Shown here piece after piece: positions 1-8,922 of a stretch of 53,175 nt of DNA. How positions within the stretch are numbered: the stretch's first letter is position 1; the number at the start of each line of letters is the position of its first letter. A program made the position numbers and the translations under genes. Source of the DNA: a virus (taxonomy: Duplodnaviria > Caudoviricetes); IMG/VR virus record IMGVR_UViG_3300023103_000006, positions 1-53,175 of that record, one strand, 5' to 3'. The notes beneath the pieces are model-generated. The model was not told where the DNA came from and ran no database searches. It was given only the letters and a program-made list of their open reading frames with translations.

Positions 1-149
1 GTTTACTAATGAAACCAACAAAAACACCGATTGGAAGGTATGGACAAAGACACGGAAAAGCAAGAGAGAAAAAAGGATTGTCCACTAACAAAGTCAATTT
101 GTCTTACACCGGGCAAATGTGGGATTCATGGGAAGAAGAAAAAGGAGCT
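1..149. repeat. Terminal direct repeat, left copy (circular assembly overlap)
   Basis: 1-149 matches 53027-53175; exact from 24-149, mismatches at 5, 13, 18, 23. Confidence 0.95.
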
Positions 150-314
150 AATCAAACAGGTGTAGGCTTTAACAATGAAGAAGCGAGATACAAGGCAGAG
201 GGAAACGAACAGATATATGATACGCCAATCTTTGTACCTTCCGAGCAATTGGGTGAACGGGATAGAATAAGACAATTCATAAAAGATAAAGCTAAAGAAG
301 TGTTTAAGATATGA
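9..314 (+). CDS. 3' part of putative neck/virion morphogenesis protein (true start 52867)
   Basis: VNLSYTGQM motif resembles L-x-x-TG-x-M of phage morphogenesis proteins; lies between head-tail and tail genes. Confidence 0.6.
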   Translation: MKPTKTPIGRYGQRHGKAREKKGLSTNKVNLSYTGQMWDSWEEEKGANQTGVGFNNEEARYKAEGNEQIYDTPIFVPSEQLGERDRIRQFIKDKAKEVFKI

Positions 315-406
315 GAAAATATATTCGGAGATATTCTATACAAAAACTCAGAGAGTATTTAGCGTTTAAATCTTTGAAGAAAAGACTTTTAAAGTATGTA
401 CATTAA
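311..406 (+). CDS. Small basic protein (31 aa, MRKYIRRYSIQKLREYLAFKSLKKRLLKYVH)
   Basis: ATGA overlap with upstream stop; fills the gap to the next gene. Confidence 0.4.
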   Translation: MRKYIRRYSIQKLREYLAFKSLKKRLLKYVH

Positions 407-926
407 AGACCAAATAGCCCTGATAGATGCGCAGATAGCCAAACAGCTTCCTAAAGAATGCGGTATTACTGATAGGTGGGATGCTAAATATCACGGTCTT
501 TGTAGAGTACAGCTAACACAAAATAATCACGGTGATAAGCCTTTATATTTACTGCATGAAACGGGCGAAGGATTGCCAAAGGTTACGATTGATGACGCTT
601 ACGATTTACAAATAATGCACGTAACGGCAAGTACTTCACCTTTATCTAGCCAGCAGTATGGGAACTATACAGACACCACCTATGATTACAGAATGAAACT
701 TTTGTACATGGGTAAAAAACAAACCGTGTTTGAAAGATTATTAGAAGCAATAAGAAACACACCGGATGTTAAATTCATGGGAAGTATCTTAGACACAGAA
801 ACCGTAATGAGAAATGAAATTAAAATAAGCGTAGACCAGGGTAAAAACTACCCGCCTGAATATTGGGCATTTTGTATTTATTATGGAGTAACAAATATTG
901 AACCTATAATTGAAGATGAACTATGA
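396..926 (+). CDS. Putative tail completion/terminator protein
   Basis: 176 aa ORF between the neck gene and the tail chaperone; positional call. Confidence 0.45.
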   Translation: MYIKDQIALIDAQIAKQLPKECGITDRWDAKYHGLCRVQLTQNNHGDKPLYLLHETGEGLPKVTIDDAYDLQIMHVTASTSPLSSQQYGNYTDTTYDYRMKLLYMGKKQTVFERLLEAIRNTPDVKFMGSILDTETVMRNEIKISVDQGKNYPPEYWAFCIYYGVTNIEPIIEDEL

Positions 927-1081
927 TAGTAGTATGACACAAAATAGCAGAATACTTGGAACAAAAATACAGAAGAAACCTAGACCCGTTTGAAAAGAGT
1001 CTACACAAGACTACTGCTCATTGGAAGAAGACGAAAAAGAAACATGTAGATATATGGTCAGATACTACTAAACCCTAATTT

Positions 1082-1798
1082 ATGAATAGCATTTTCAAAG
1101 AACTTTTAGAATCCGGAAGAATAGACAAAGACCCTGTATTTACTTTTACCAGCGATGGAAAAGAATATAAAGGTTATACTTTTTCAAGTGACGGATGGAA
1201 GATGAACGAAAGCCGTTTTGAGGAGTATAACGAAGTGATGAAAGCCTACGAGGTTTTTAAAGTTGATAGAGAGGATTACGAAATTACAAGCAATATAGTA
1301 AAGGAAAATATCAAGCGTACAATAATGAGTTACGCTTCAGATGCTCATTCTGGATTCACGCTTTTAAATCAGGCATTGAGACAAATGGACGAACTAGAGC
1401 AAAGGATGGAGTTTAGTATTCCTTTGCAAAAGAGTTTTGATGCAATGAGTTTCACGGTATTGGAAGAAGATGAGAATCCATTAGTTTACGATTTTCAATA
1501 TAACAAAGAAAAGGTAAAACGCTGGATGAAAGATTTACCCATTGAAAAAAAAAGACCTTATTTGCAAAGTATGTTACAGGTTTTGCCAGAAGTCTCAATG
1601 CTCTTGCAATCGGATTCCCTGAATTATATTCACAACCAGGTGCTTTTGAACGCATCAACATTACAGATTCTTCTGCACTCGAAAGAATCAAATGGACTAA
1701 GCAAAGAAACGAAGCAATACATAAAATCACGGGTGGAAACCTTACAACAAAACAGCAACTACTTAACGGAACTTTCGAGGAGTATCACTTCTACGTAA
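1082..1798 (+). CDS. Tail assembly chaperone, gpG-like (0-frame product)
   Basis: Immediately upstream of tape measure; contains G-A9-G slippery run at 1544-1554. Confidence 0.7.
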   Translation: MNSIFKELLESGRIDKDPVFTFTSDGKEYKGYTFSSDGWKMNESRFEEYNEVMKAYEVFKVDREDYEITSNIVKENIKRTIMSYASDAHSGFTLLNQALRQMDELEQRMEFSIPLQKSFDAMSFTVLEEDENPLVYDFQYNKEKVKRWMKDLPIEKKRPYLQSMLQVLPEVSMLLQSDSLNYIHNQVLLNASTLQILLHSKESNGLSKETKQYIKSRVETLQQNSNYLTELSRSITST

Positions 1799-1857
1799 GT
1801 GCATGGAAAGCAGAACAGGAAGCAAAGAATAAGAAACCACAGCAAATAGATGAATGA
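1082..1857 (+). CDS. Tail assembly chaperone frameshift product, gpGT-like (~258 aa, -1 shift near 1552)
   Basis: -1 frame is open 101 codons after A_AAA_AAA and ends at TGA 1855-1857, overlapping the tape measure start. Confidence 0.7.
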
Positions 1858-4800
1858 AACTGAAATTTTTAATTTTATATTCAAGTTTTCGGAAGAGGGC
1901 GCAACAGCACTAACACAGGAGCTTGCAGAACTATACGTACAGAATGAAAAATTAAAAAATCAGGCATTAGAATATCAATCTACGCAAAGAAAACTCAACG
2001 CTGAAAGAAAGACAGCCGCAGAAGAATCAAAAGCCGCTGCGATAGCTGAAGTTAATTCACGCTTAGGCATTCAAAATGGGGTCAAGACCGAAATAGGATT
2101 AATTCAGAGACTTACTTCTGAAATTAAACTACTAAAATCTGCAAGGGAACAAGCCAATAACGTATCAGACGTAAATAAGTATACAGGCGCCATACAAGCA
2201 GCACAGAAAGAACTTAATGCACTTACTGGGGTAACGGATAAGTTTAGAGGTTCTAATGGGTTCTGGCAGGACTTAAAAGGACAGGTGATGGCTTATTGGG
2301 CGGCTGTACAGGTAGGGGATGTAGGAAAGACCTTAATAAATAATGAGGTCAGATTAGAAGCGCTAAGGCTTGCCCTTAGAAATGTATTATCCACACAAGA
2401 AGAATATACACAAAGCCTTACTTTCCTTGATAACTTATCTAATAAGTACGGGCAGGATATTACAATCTTAACCGGAACTTATAAGAATTTTATTGCAGCT
2501 TCTCAGTCTTCAGGATTGGAATTGAAAGAACGTAATCGTATCTATGAAGCTATTGTAAAAAGTGGTGCAGCTTTAAGTTTGAGCAATGAAGAAATTGAGG
2601 GGTCACTTCGTGCGGTGTCTCAAATGTTTTCCAAAGGGAATGTACAGGCAGAAGAGTTAAGGGGTCAATTAGGCGAAAGATTGCCGGGTGCATTTGGATT
2701 GGCCGCCAAAGCATTGGGAGTGACAGAATCTAAGTTGAATGATATGCTAAAAGCTGGGCAGGTTTTAGCAGTTGACCTATTGCCTAAATTAGCAACCGAA
2801 CTAGAAAAGGCGTTTGGAGATAAAGCGGCAAATAATGTTAACTTAGTAACAGGTGCTTACAATAGACTAACTAACTCTATTAAGGATTATTTCGGAGAAG
2901 CTAATCAGAACTATGGTATTACCGACAAGATAGCCAAAGGGTTTAATTTTCTTGCTGATAACCTAAAAGAAGTTGTAAGTATTGGGGCTTCGGTAATTTC
3001 TACTATTGTAGCTTATACTATTGCATCAAAAGCCGCAGCCGGAGCAAGTGCCGCATGGACTGTAATAGAAAAAGCAGGTTTAATAATAAAAGGAGAGGCT
3101 ATTTTACTAACAAAGCAACAATCAATTGCAAATGCTACATTAACAGATACGCAATTAACAGCAGCAGCAGCAGCGCAAACATTTAATAATACACTTCTTA
3201 AAAATCCTATTGGGTTAATAGTTTTAGCAATAGGCACAGCAATAACGGCTTATCAATTGTACAACGCTTCAGTGGAAGATGCAGCAGAAGAACAAAAAAA
3301 GCTAAACAAACAAATTACAGATGCAATTGCTCCATTAGAATTACAAAAAAGAGAATTTAATAGTCTAGCTAATGAAGTGCTTAAAGGAGTTGTGCCACTT
3401 CAAAAACAATACGATACTTTAGAAGCCCTAAAAAAACAATACCCTGAATTGCTGAAAGGCGTAACTAGTTTGACAGAAGCGGAAAGGATATTGAATGAGA
3501 ATAAAATTAAGGTAAACACCCAAGATGATTATAGGTTAGAAAAGTTAGAAGCATTAAAGGCGCAATATCCTGAGCAATTGAAAGGTATTAACAATTTAAA
3601 AGATGCAGAAGAAAAACTAGGCAAAGTAATTAGAGACGTAAACGCAGATTTCGCTGTAAGAGCTACTTTATTAGAGGCAGAAATTAAATACGACATTAAC
3701 AGAGAAAAGGCAACTAATTTGATTAAGCAACAAATTGATGCAGAAGGAAAATTAGTTAATATCCGTAAACAATTGTCTATTGAAACTAAAAATAGTCTTG
3801 AGGGTAGGGAGGAGTTTATATCATCATTAAGAGAAGAAGAAAAACAATATCAAGGCGTAATTAATGCAGCTAAGGCAGGTGTTGTAAATTTAATAGGAGT
3901 AAACCAAAGCATTACTAAAATTCAAGAAGATGCTAAAAAACGATTAAAATACAGCACAGATGAAGTAGTAAAAATTACCAAAGATGGAGAAGACAAAAAG
4001 ACTAAAATAAAAGCAGATTCAGCAGCTACACAAGCGTTAATAGCAGAAAAAACCCGTATTACTGAATTAGAAAAATCAGAAGTACAGGAACAAAAGCTAT
4101 TGGCTATTGATAAGGACATTGCAATACAAAGAATAAAAGATAGCAAAAAAGCTACACAGGAAAAGGCATCTGAGATTTACAAAATTGAGGAAAAATTTAA
4201 GCAGGATTTGAATAGACTTACTCAGAAGTATGATGATAAGGAGCAAGAGGATGAAATAAAAAATGGTACATTAGTTGCTAAAATTAGAGCAGACTTTAGG
4301 GTAATTAATGAAAAAGATGAAAAGAAAAGCCTAGATGCTCAGATAAAAGCTATTGAAGCAAAATATAAAAATGAAATAGATATAGTAAGTAAATCTTCTA
4401 AATCTTACTCAGATAAGAAAGCTGAAATTACTAAGTTAGTCATTGAAGAGGAAAAGGAACTATTGACTATAAGAAGACAAATTCAATTTTTAGTAGACCT
4501 TGATAAACTACACAAAGAACAGTCCAGAAATATTAAACAGATTACCAAAGATATTCTTGAAAAGTGGAATATACAGGACAAGGTAGATAAAGAAGAGATT
4601 GAGCATCAAAGGGAATTAATAAAGCTATACGACGAAAGGCAAAAAGTTTTTGGCGATATGGTAGCAAGTATAGTTCCTGAGATAAAAGGATTGATGGATT
4701 ATAACGATGCTGTAAATAATGCCGGAAGAGCTTTAACTAACTTTGCAGACCAAAAGATAAAACTTCACGATATTGAAAAGAAATCTGGCATTCAATCAGC

Positions 4801-6883
4801 TGAATTTCTTAAGCAATTAGAGATAACAAACAAAGCACAAGAGGAATCAGTAAAGGCAAATACTGAATCAATGGTTAGTCAGTATCAACTACTATACAAG
4901 GCGGTTGAATTTGTATTTAATGAAATTAAGCAAGCAGCATCAAAAGCATTTAGAGCAATTGGAAGTGCAGCCGCAGAATCAAATAAAATATATCAGGATT
5001 TTGTAAAACAACAAAGGAATGCAGAATTAGCAGCCTATAAAACTGACCTAAACTACCGATTAGGATTGATAGAAGGCAATTATGATGCGCAAATTGATTT
5101 GCTAAAAGAGTACTTAGCCAAAGCTGAAGGTGTAATAAAAAAAGTAAATCTATCTGAAGATATAGCAGCACAATTGCAAATATCGACAGAAAAGATAGTA
5201 GGATTTACTAATTATGTATCTAACGAGATAGAGCAGTTTAGTTTGAACCCCTTTACTATGGCTAAAAACGCCTTTAGGCAATTGGGCGTTGCAATAGCTG
5301 GGTGGAAAAAAGAAAATACAGATGCAGCAGAAAAAGCAATAATTGCATCAACAAATGCAATTGAAAATTTACAATGGCAAAGGGATGAGTCTTTAAAACT
5401 ACTCGATGATATAGCGGACACATACAAAGATAAGTATGACGGTATGCTTGATGCTGTGAAAAAGGGATTAAGTGAACAAGTAGACGCTATTAAAGAGGGA
5501 ATGGGCGCATCAATTGATGCAATAAGAAACAGTTTAGACAAGCAAATAGAAATTTTGTCTTCTTGGTACGATGGGCAAAAGGATATAATTACACAAAGGT
5601 ATGCAGATATACTTGATAATAATGTAAGATACACTGATATTGCATTTGAGGAGCAACTAGCTATTTGGAATGCAGCAAGAACTGACCAGGAGAATATATT
5701 AATAGGGCAAAGAGACACCGAAAAAGATATTCTAAAACAAAAATATAAAGAAGGAAAAATTTCTTTAGAAGAATATACGGCACAGGCTAAAGTAGTTGAT
5801 GAGAAATACTTTAGTGATATTTTAGCGTTAAGAACTAAATTTTATGATGATTTACAAGCAAAAACTACACAATATAATAGTGACGAACTTAATAAGTTAA
5901 AAGATAGTTTATCTGCAAACCTTATTACTCAAGAGGAATATGATGCAAAAGTCGGAACGCTTGAAGACTTAGCAAAGCAGCGAAGCGCAGACATAAAGTC
6001 TTTAGTAAGACAAGATAGAGATAAGGACTTATCATTGCTGAAAAGTGACTATTTGGATTTAAAAGAAATGGCTGAGCAGAAATCTGCTGATGCTATACTG
6101 AAAATACAAACAGATTCAGCTACCGCAATAAAAAAAGCAGAAAAAGATGCAGGGGATGAGATTATACGATTAACAACAGAAAGGAACAATAAACTTGCTG
6201 ATTTAGCACGGCAGAGACTGTTAACAGAATTGACATATAATTCTCAGATATTTGAACAACAAAGAGCATTGGCTAATGCACAAGCACTTGTAGCAATGGC
6301 ACAGGCAAAAGCAGAGGCATGGAAGAATCCATTCACGGCAAAGGCGGTAATAGGGCAGATACAACAGGCTTTTGCTGAAATATTTGCGGCTATTGGTTCG
6401 GCAGTGAACCCATTTGACGCTGAGATAGTAAAGTATGTACCAGTAACTCCAGACACAAACAACCCAGTAGAACCGCCTCCAGGTGGAGGAGAAATAGGAG
6501 ATGGCGGAGCTATAAAGATAGCTAAGGGGATAGACAGGCTTCCAAACACTAATGGGAAGGTTGGGGTAGATACGCAGCCAGCAATGTTGGATGTAGGCGA
6601 AAGAGTTATACCCACCTACCTAAACGATATGCTGAAAAGCAAACTAGGCGTAGATGTAACCAACAAGCAATTAGTGAACATGGCTTTAGGTCAATTCGAC
6701 TTTCAAGGAATTGCCAACACGGGAAAGAATGTTTCAAGCACAGACCCTAGATTAGTAAATGCGATAAATGGACTGTCAAAGGAAATGAAGAATCTTAAAC
6801 AGGTAAATGTAAACGTGAAAAACGGAGTGCCGACAATTGAGGAAAGGAGTTATAATAGGATGATAAAATACACTAAACCATGA
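1850..6883 (+). CDS. Tail tape measure protein
   Basis: 1677 aa, largely coiled-coil; tape-measure N-terminal motif QMFSKGNVQAEELRGQLGERLPGA; hydrophobic NPIGLIVLAIG segment. Confidence 0.93.
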   Translation: MNETEIFNFIFKFSEEGATALTQELAELYVQNEKLKNQALEYQSTQRKLNAERKTAAEESKAAAIAEVNSRLGIQNGVKTEIGLIQRLTSEIKLLKSAREQANNVSDVNKYTGAIQAAQKELNALTGVTDKFRGSNGFWQDLKGQVMAYWAAVQVGDVGKTLINNEVRLEALRLALRNVLSTQEEYTQSLTFLDNLSNKYGQDITILTGTYKNFIAASQSSGLELKERNRIYEAIVKSGAALSLSNEEIEGSLRAVSQMFSKGNVQAEELRGQLGERLPGAFGLAAKALGVTESKLNDMLKAGQVLAVDLLPKLATELEKAFGDKAANNVNLVTGAYNRLTNSIKDYFGEANQNYGITDKIAKGFNFLADNLKEVVSIGASVISTIVAYTIASKAAAGASAAWTVIEKAGLIIKGEAILLTKQQSIANATLTDTQLTAAAAAQTFNNTLLKNPIGLIVLAIGTAITAYQLYNASVEDAAEEQKKLNKQITDAIAPLELQKREFNSLANEVLKGVVPLQKQYDTLEALKKQYPELLKGVTSLTEAERILNENKIKVNTQDDYRLEKLEALKAQYPEQLKGINNLKDAEEKLGKVIRDVNADFAVRATLLEAEIKYDINREKATNLIKQQIDAEGKLVNIRKQLSIETKNSLEGREEFISSLREEEKQYQGVINAAKAGVVNLIGVNQSITKIQEDAKKRLKYSTDEVVKITKDGEDKKTKIKADSAATQALIAEKTRITELEKSEVQEQKLLAIDKDIAIQRIKDSKKATQEKASEIYKIEEKFKQDLNRLTQKYDDKEQEDEIKNGTLVAKIRADFRVINEKDEKKSLDAQIKAIEAKYKNEIDIVSKSSKSYSDKKAEITKLVIEEEKELLTIRRQIQFLVDLDKLHKEQSRNIKQITKDILEKWNIQDKVDKEEIEHQRELIKLYDERQKVFGDMVASIVPEIKGLMDYNDAVNNAGRALTNFADQKIKLHDIEKKSGIQSAEFLKQLEITNKAQEESVKANTESMVSQYQLLYKAVEFVFNEIKQAASKAFRAIGSAAAESNKIYQDFVKQQRNAELAAYKTDLNYRLGLIEGNYDAQIDLLKEYLAKAEGVIKKVNLSEDIAAQLQISTEKIVGFTNYVSNEIEQFSLNPFTMAKNAFRQLGVAIAGWKKENTDAAEKAIIASTNAIENLQWQRDESLKLLDDIADTYKDKYDGMLDAVKKGLSEQVDAIKEGMGASIDAIRNSLDKQIEILSSWYDGQKDIITQRYADILDNNVRYTDIAFEEQLAIWNAARTDQENILIGQRDTEKDILKQKYKEGKISLEEYTAQAKVVDEKYFSDILALRTKFYDDLQAKTTQYNSDELNKLKDSLSANLITQEEYDAKVGTLEDLAKQRSADIKSLVRQDRDKDLSLLKSDYLDLKEMAEQKSADAILKIQTDSATAIKKAEKDAGDEIIRLTTERNNKLADLARQRLLTELTYNSQIFEQQRALANAQALVAMAQAKAEAWKNPFTAKAVIGQIQQAFAEIFAAIGSAVNPFDAEIVKYVPVTPDTNNPVEPPPGGGEIGDGGAIKIAKGIDRLPNTNGKVGVDTQPAMLDVGERVIPTYLNDMLKSKLGVDVTNKQLVNMALGQFDFQGIANTGKNVSSTDPRLVNAINGLSKEMKNLKQVNVNVKNGVPTIEERSYNRMIKYTKP

Positions 6884-7095
6884 AGAGGATATTAATAATT
6901 ATTTTGTTGTTTATACCTATTTCCTGTAAAACACATGAAGTAAAGCCTATTGTTAGTAGGAGGGAACAGATTATGCAAAAGTTTAGAGATGCAGGTATAC
7001 ATATCGTATGCTCTCCTTGTCCATGGGATGAGCAAAGTGCGAGTCATGCGCCTACTAGAATTCGTTTCCCACATTACAAAACAGATTCCTTATAA
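6880..7095 (+). CDS. Small lipoprotein
   Basis: MKRILIIILLFIPIS-C lipobox-like signal; ATGA overlap with tape measure stop. Confidence 0.65.
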   Translation: MKRILIIILLFIPISCKTHEVKPIVSRREQIMQKFRDAGIHIVCSPCPWDEQSASHAPTRIRFPHYKTDSL

Positions 7096-7098
7096 TTA

Positions 7099-8922
7099 AT
7101 GTATACGTTCTACCTAGATAGCACCCAAGTAAATGAGCCGGAATCGTTCACCAATATCGTTTTTGAAAAGAAACGAGTGGATAGATATTTTGGGTTTGTT
7201 TATAAAAATGAGGGAAAAGTATTAGGTGCCGGGCAAATTAAATTTACAGAAGAAATAGCCGTGGCGATTTTAAAGGCGGCCAAAGAAAAATATGGATATG
7301 CCGCAGATGTGAGGTGCAAGGTGTTTTTTATGGGAAAATTAGCTTACGAGGGGATGGTGAATCTATGGAATAGCGAAGAATATCCGCAAAGTTTTGTAGT
7401 AACCTTTACAGATGCTTCGCCAACGGTGAAATTCTTAACGAACTCTTCAAAACGCTATCAGATTACGCCAAACGCATTTCAAGCATTAACTTCAATTGGA
7501 ATAGTAGGAAAAACTACCCACCAGATACTAAGTACTTTAACGACTTATAAAAAGAAAACAGTAAATCCGGTTAATTACTCACACCCGGTGCCTTTCCAAG
7601 CGACTGAAGGTAGCTCTAATTCTAATGTCAATCCGATTACTGATTTTAGTCAGGTTTTACCTCTTTATACGAATGATGCAGAAAAGAAAACTATCTCAAT
7701 CAAAGGAGTAATTAATTTCAATGTCAAGACAAGTAATTCAGGCAGTTTTAATCTGAAGCTAAATGATTTAATTGTACAGGAATTTATATCTGATTTAACA
7801 CCGACGGACGAAGTAGGGGTAATTGATAGAACTATTACCTTGCTACCTTATGAAACTATCAGTATAAGCATTGAATCAACAGTTAACAGTTCGGATACAC
7901 AGTTTATTTACGATTTAGAAAGTACAACACTTTCGATTAACGAAATAAAGGATAATTTACAGCCTACTGAGGTTCCGGTATTGTCGAGTTTCGACATAAT
8001 GGGCCAATTAGTTGAAAAGGCTTCTGAGGGTACATTAACATTAGAAAGTAAATTTCTGAAAGAATTTAAGGGAGACTGGACAAACGGACGTAATCTGCGA
8101 GGGGTAAGCGATGTAATTAATTGCTCGTTCAATGATATATTCGACGACCTTAACAAGATGAAGTGTTTATATGTAACCGTTAGTGAGAATAAAGTAAAGA
8201 TTGAAAAACGGGTTAATGTAGTAACAAACGGCGCAAAAAGTTATTTGGATAGAGATAGAATACTGAGCGAGGTTAAAGTGCCTAATCGCGAATATCTTTA
8301 CTCTTCGATAAAAGCTGGGTATAAAAACTGGCAGGGAGAATCAGCACTGTCTAATCAGGAAGTAAATGCAACCTTAGAATTTGAATCAAATCTGTTCGGA
8401 CGTGAAAATGTGTTAGATTTAGAATGTGATTGTATAGCTTCAGGTATCTTGATTGAAGAAATTAGACAAACACAATTCGGAAAAGTAAGCACTGACCAAC
8501 AGAAAAAGTACGATGATAAATTAGTAATCTTAATACCAAACGATGGAGCGGACAACTATATTAATGTAGGATTGAATCAGGACATTAGAAACTTATCTAT
8601 CCGACCTTATCAAATGATGTTGAATCATACCGAAGTGTATGGAGGTTATTTATACTGGCAATTCGTATCCGGATTAGGAAATTATTCGGCTTTAATAAAT
8701 AATGAGAAACAAAGTAAAAAAATCACTACTTTTGGAAATATAATAGGTTCGGCTTTCTGGGACTTAGAATATTTATGTGAGTTGGACGAATACACGAACA
8801 TAGGCGAAGTAATACAATGGACTGATACACTAGGAAAAGGACATGAAGGTATATTATATCAGGCTGAATGGTCAACAAGTAAATCAATGTTTTTACAAGT
8901 AATGGAGAATGAGACTATTTGA
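7099..8922 (+). CDS. Putative tail tip/baseplate hub protein
   Basis: 607 aa, first large gene after tape measure; beta-rich. Confidence 0.55.
   Translation: MYTFYLDSTQVNEPESFTNIVFEKKRVDRYFGFVYKNEGKVLGAGQIKFTEEIAVAILKAAKEKYGYAADVRCKVFFMGKLAYEGMVNLWNSEEYPQSFVVTFTDASPTVKFLTNSSKRYQITPNAFQALTSIGIVGKTTHQILSTLTTYKKKTVNPVNYSHPVPFQATEGSSNSNVNPITDFSQVLPLYTNDAEKKTISIKGVINFNVKTSNSGSFNLKLNDLIVQEFISDLTPTDEVGVIDRTITLLPYETISISIESTVNSSDTQFIYDLESTTLSINEIKDNLQPTEVPVLSSFDIMGQLVEKASEGTLTLESKFLKEFKGDWTNGRNLRGVSDVINCSFNDIFDDLNKMKCLYVTVSENKVKIEKRVNVVTNGAKSYLDRDRILSEVKVPNREYLYSSIKAGYKNWQGESALSNQEVNATLEFESNLFGRENVLDLECDCIASGILIEEIRQTQFGKVSTDQQKKYDDKLVILIPNDGADNYINVGLNQDIRNLSIRPYQMMLNHTEVYGGYLYWQFVSGLGNYSALINNEKQSKKITTFGNIIGSAFWDLEYLCELDEYTNIGEVIQWTDTLGKGHEGILYQAEWSTSKSMFLQVMENETI

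Noticed and set aside
1-23. Four mismatches between the terminal repeat copies, all A in the left copy, resembling DGR template/variable repeats
   Set aside because: No reverse transcriptase was found. Mismatches are confined to the first 23 nt of the contig and followed by 126 identical nt, which fits an assembly tip or read-end error.
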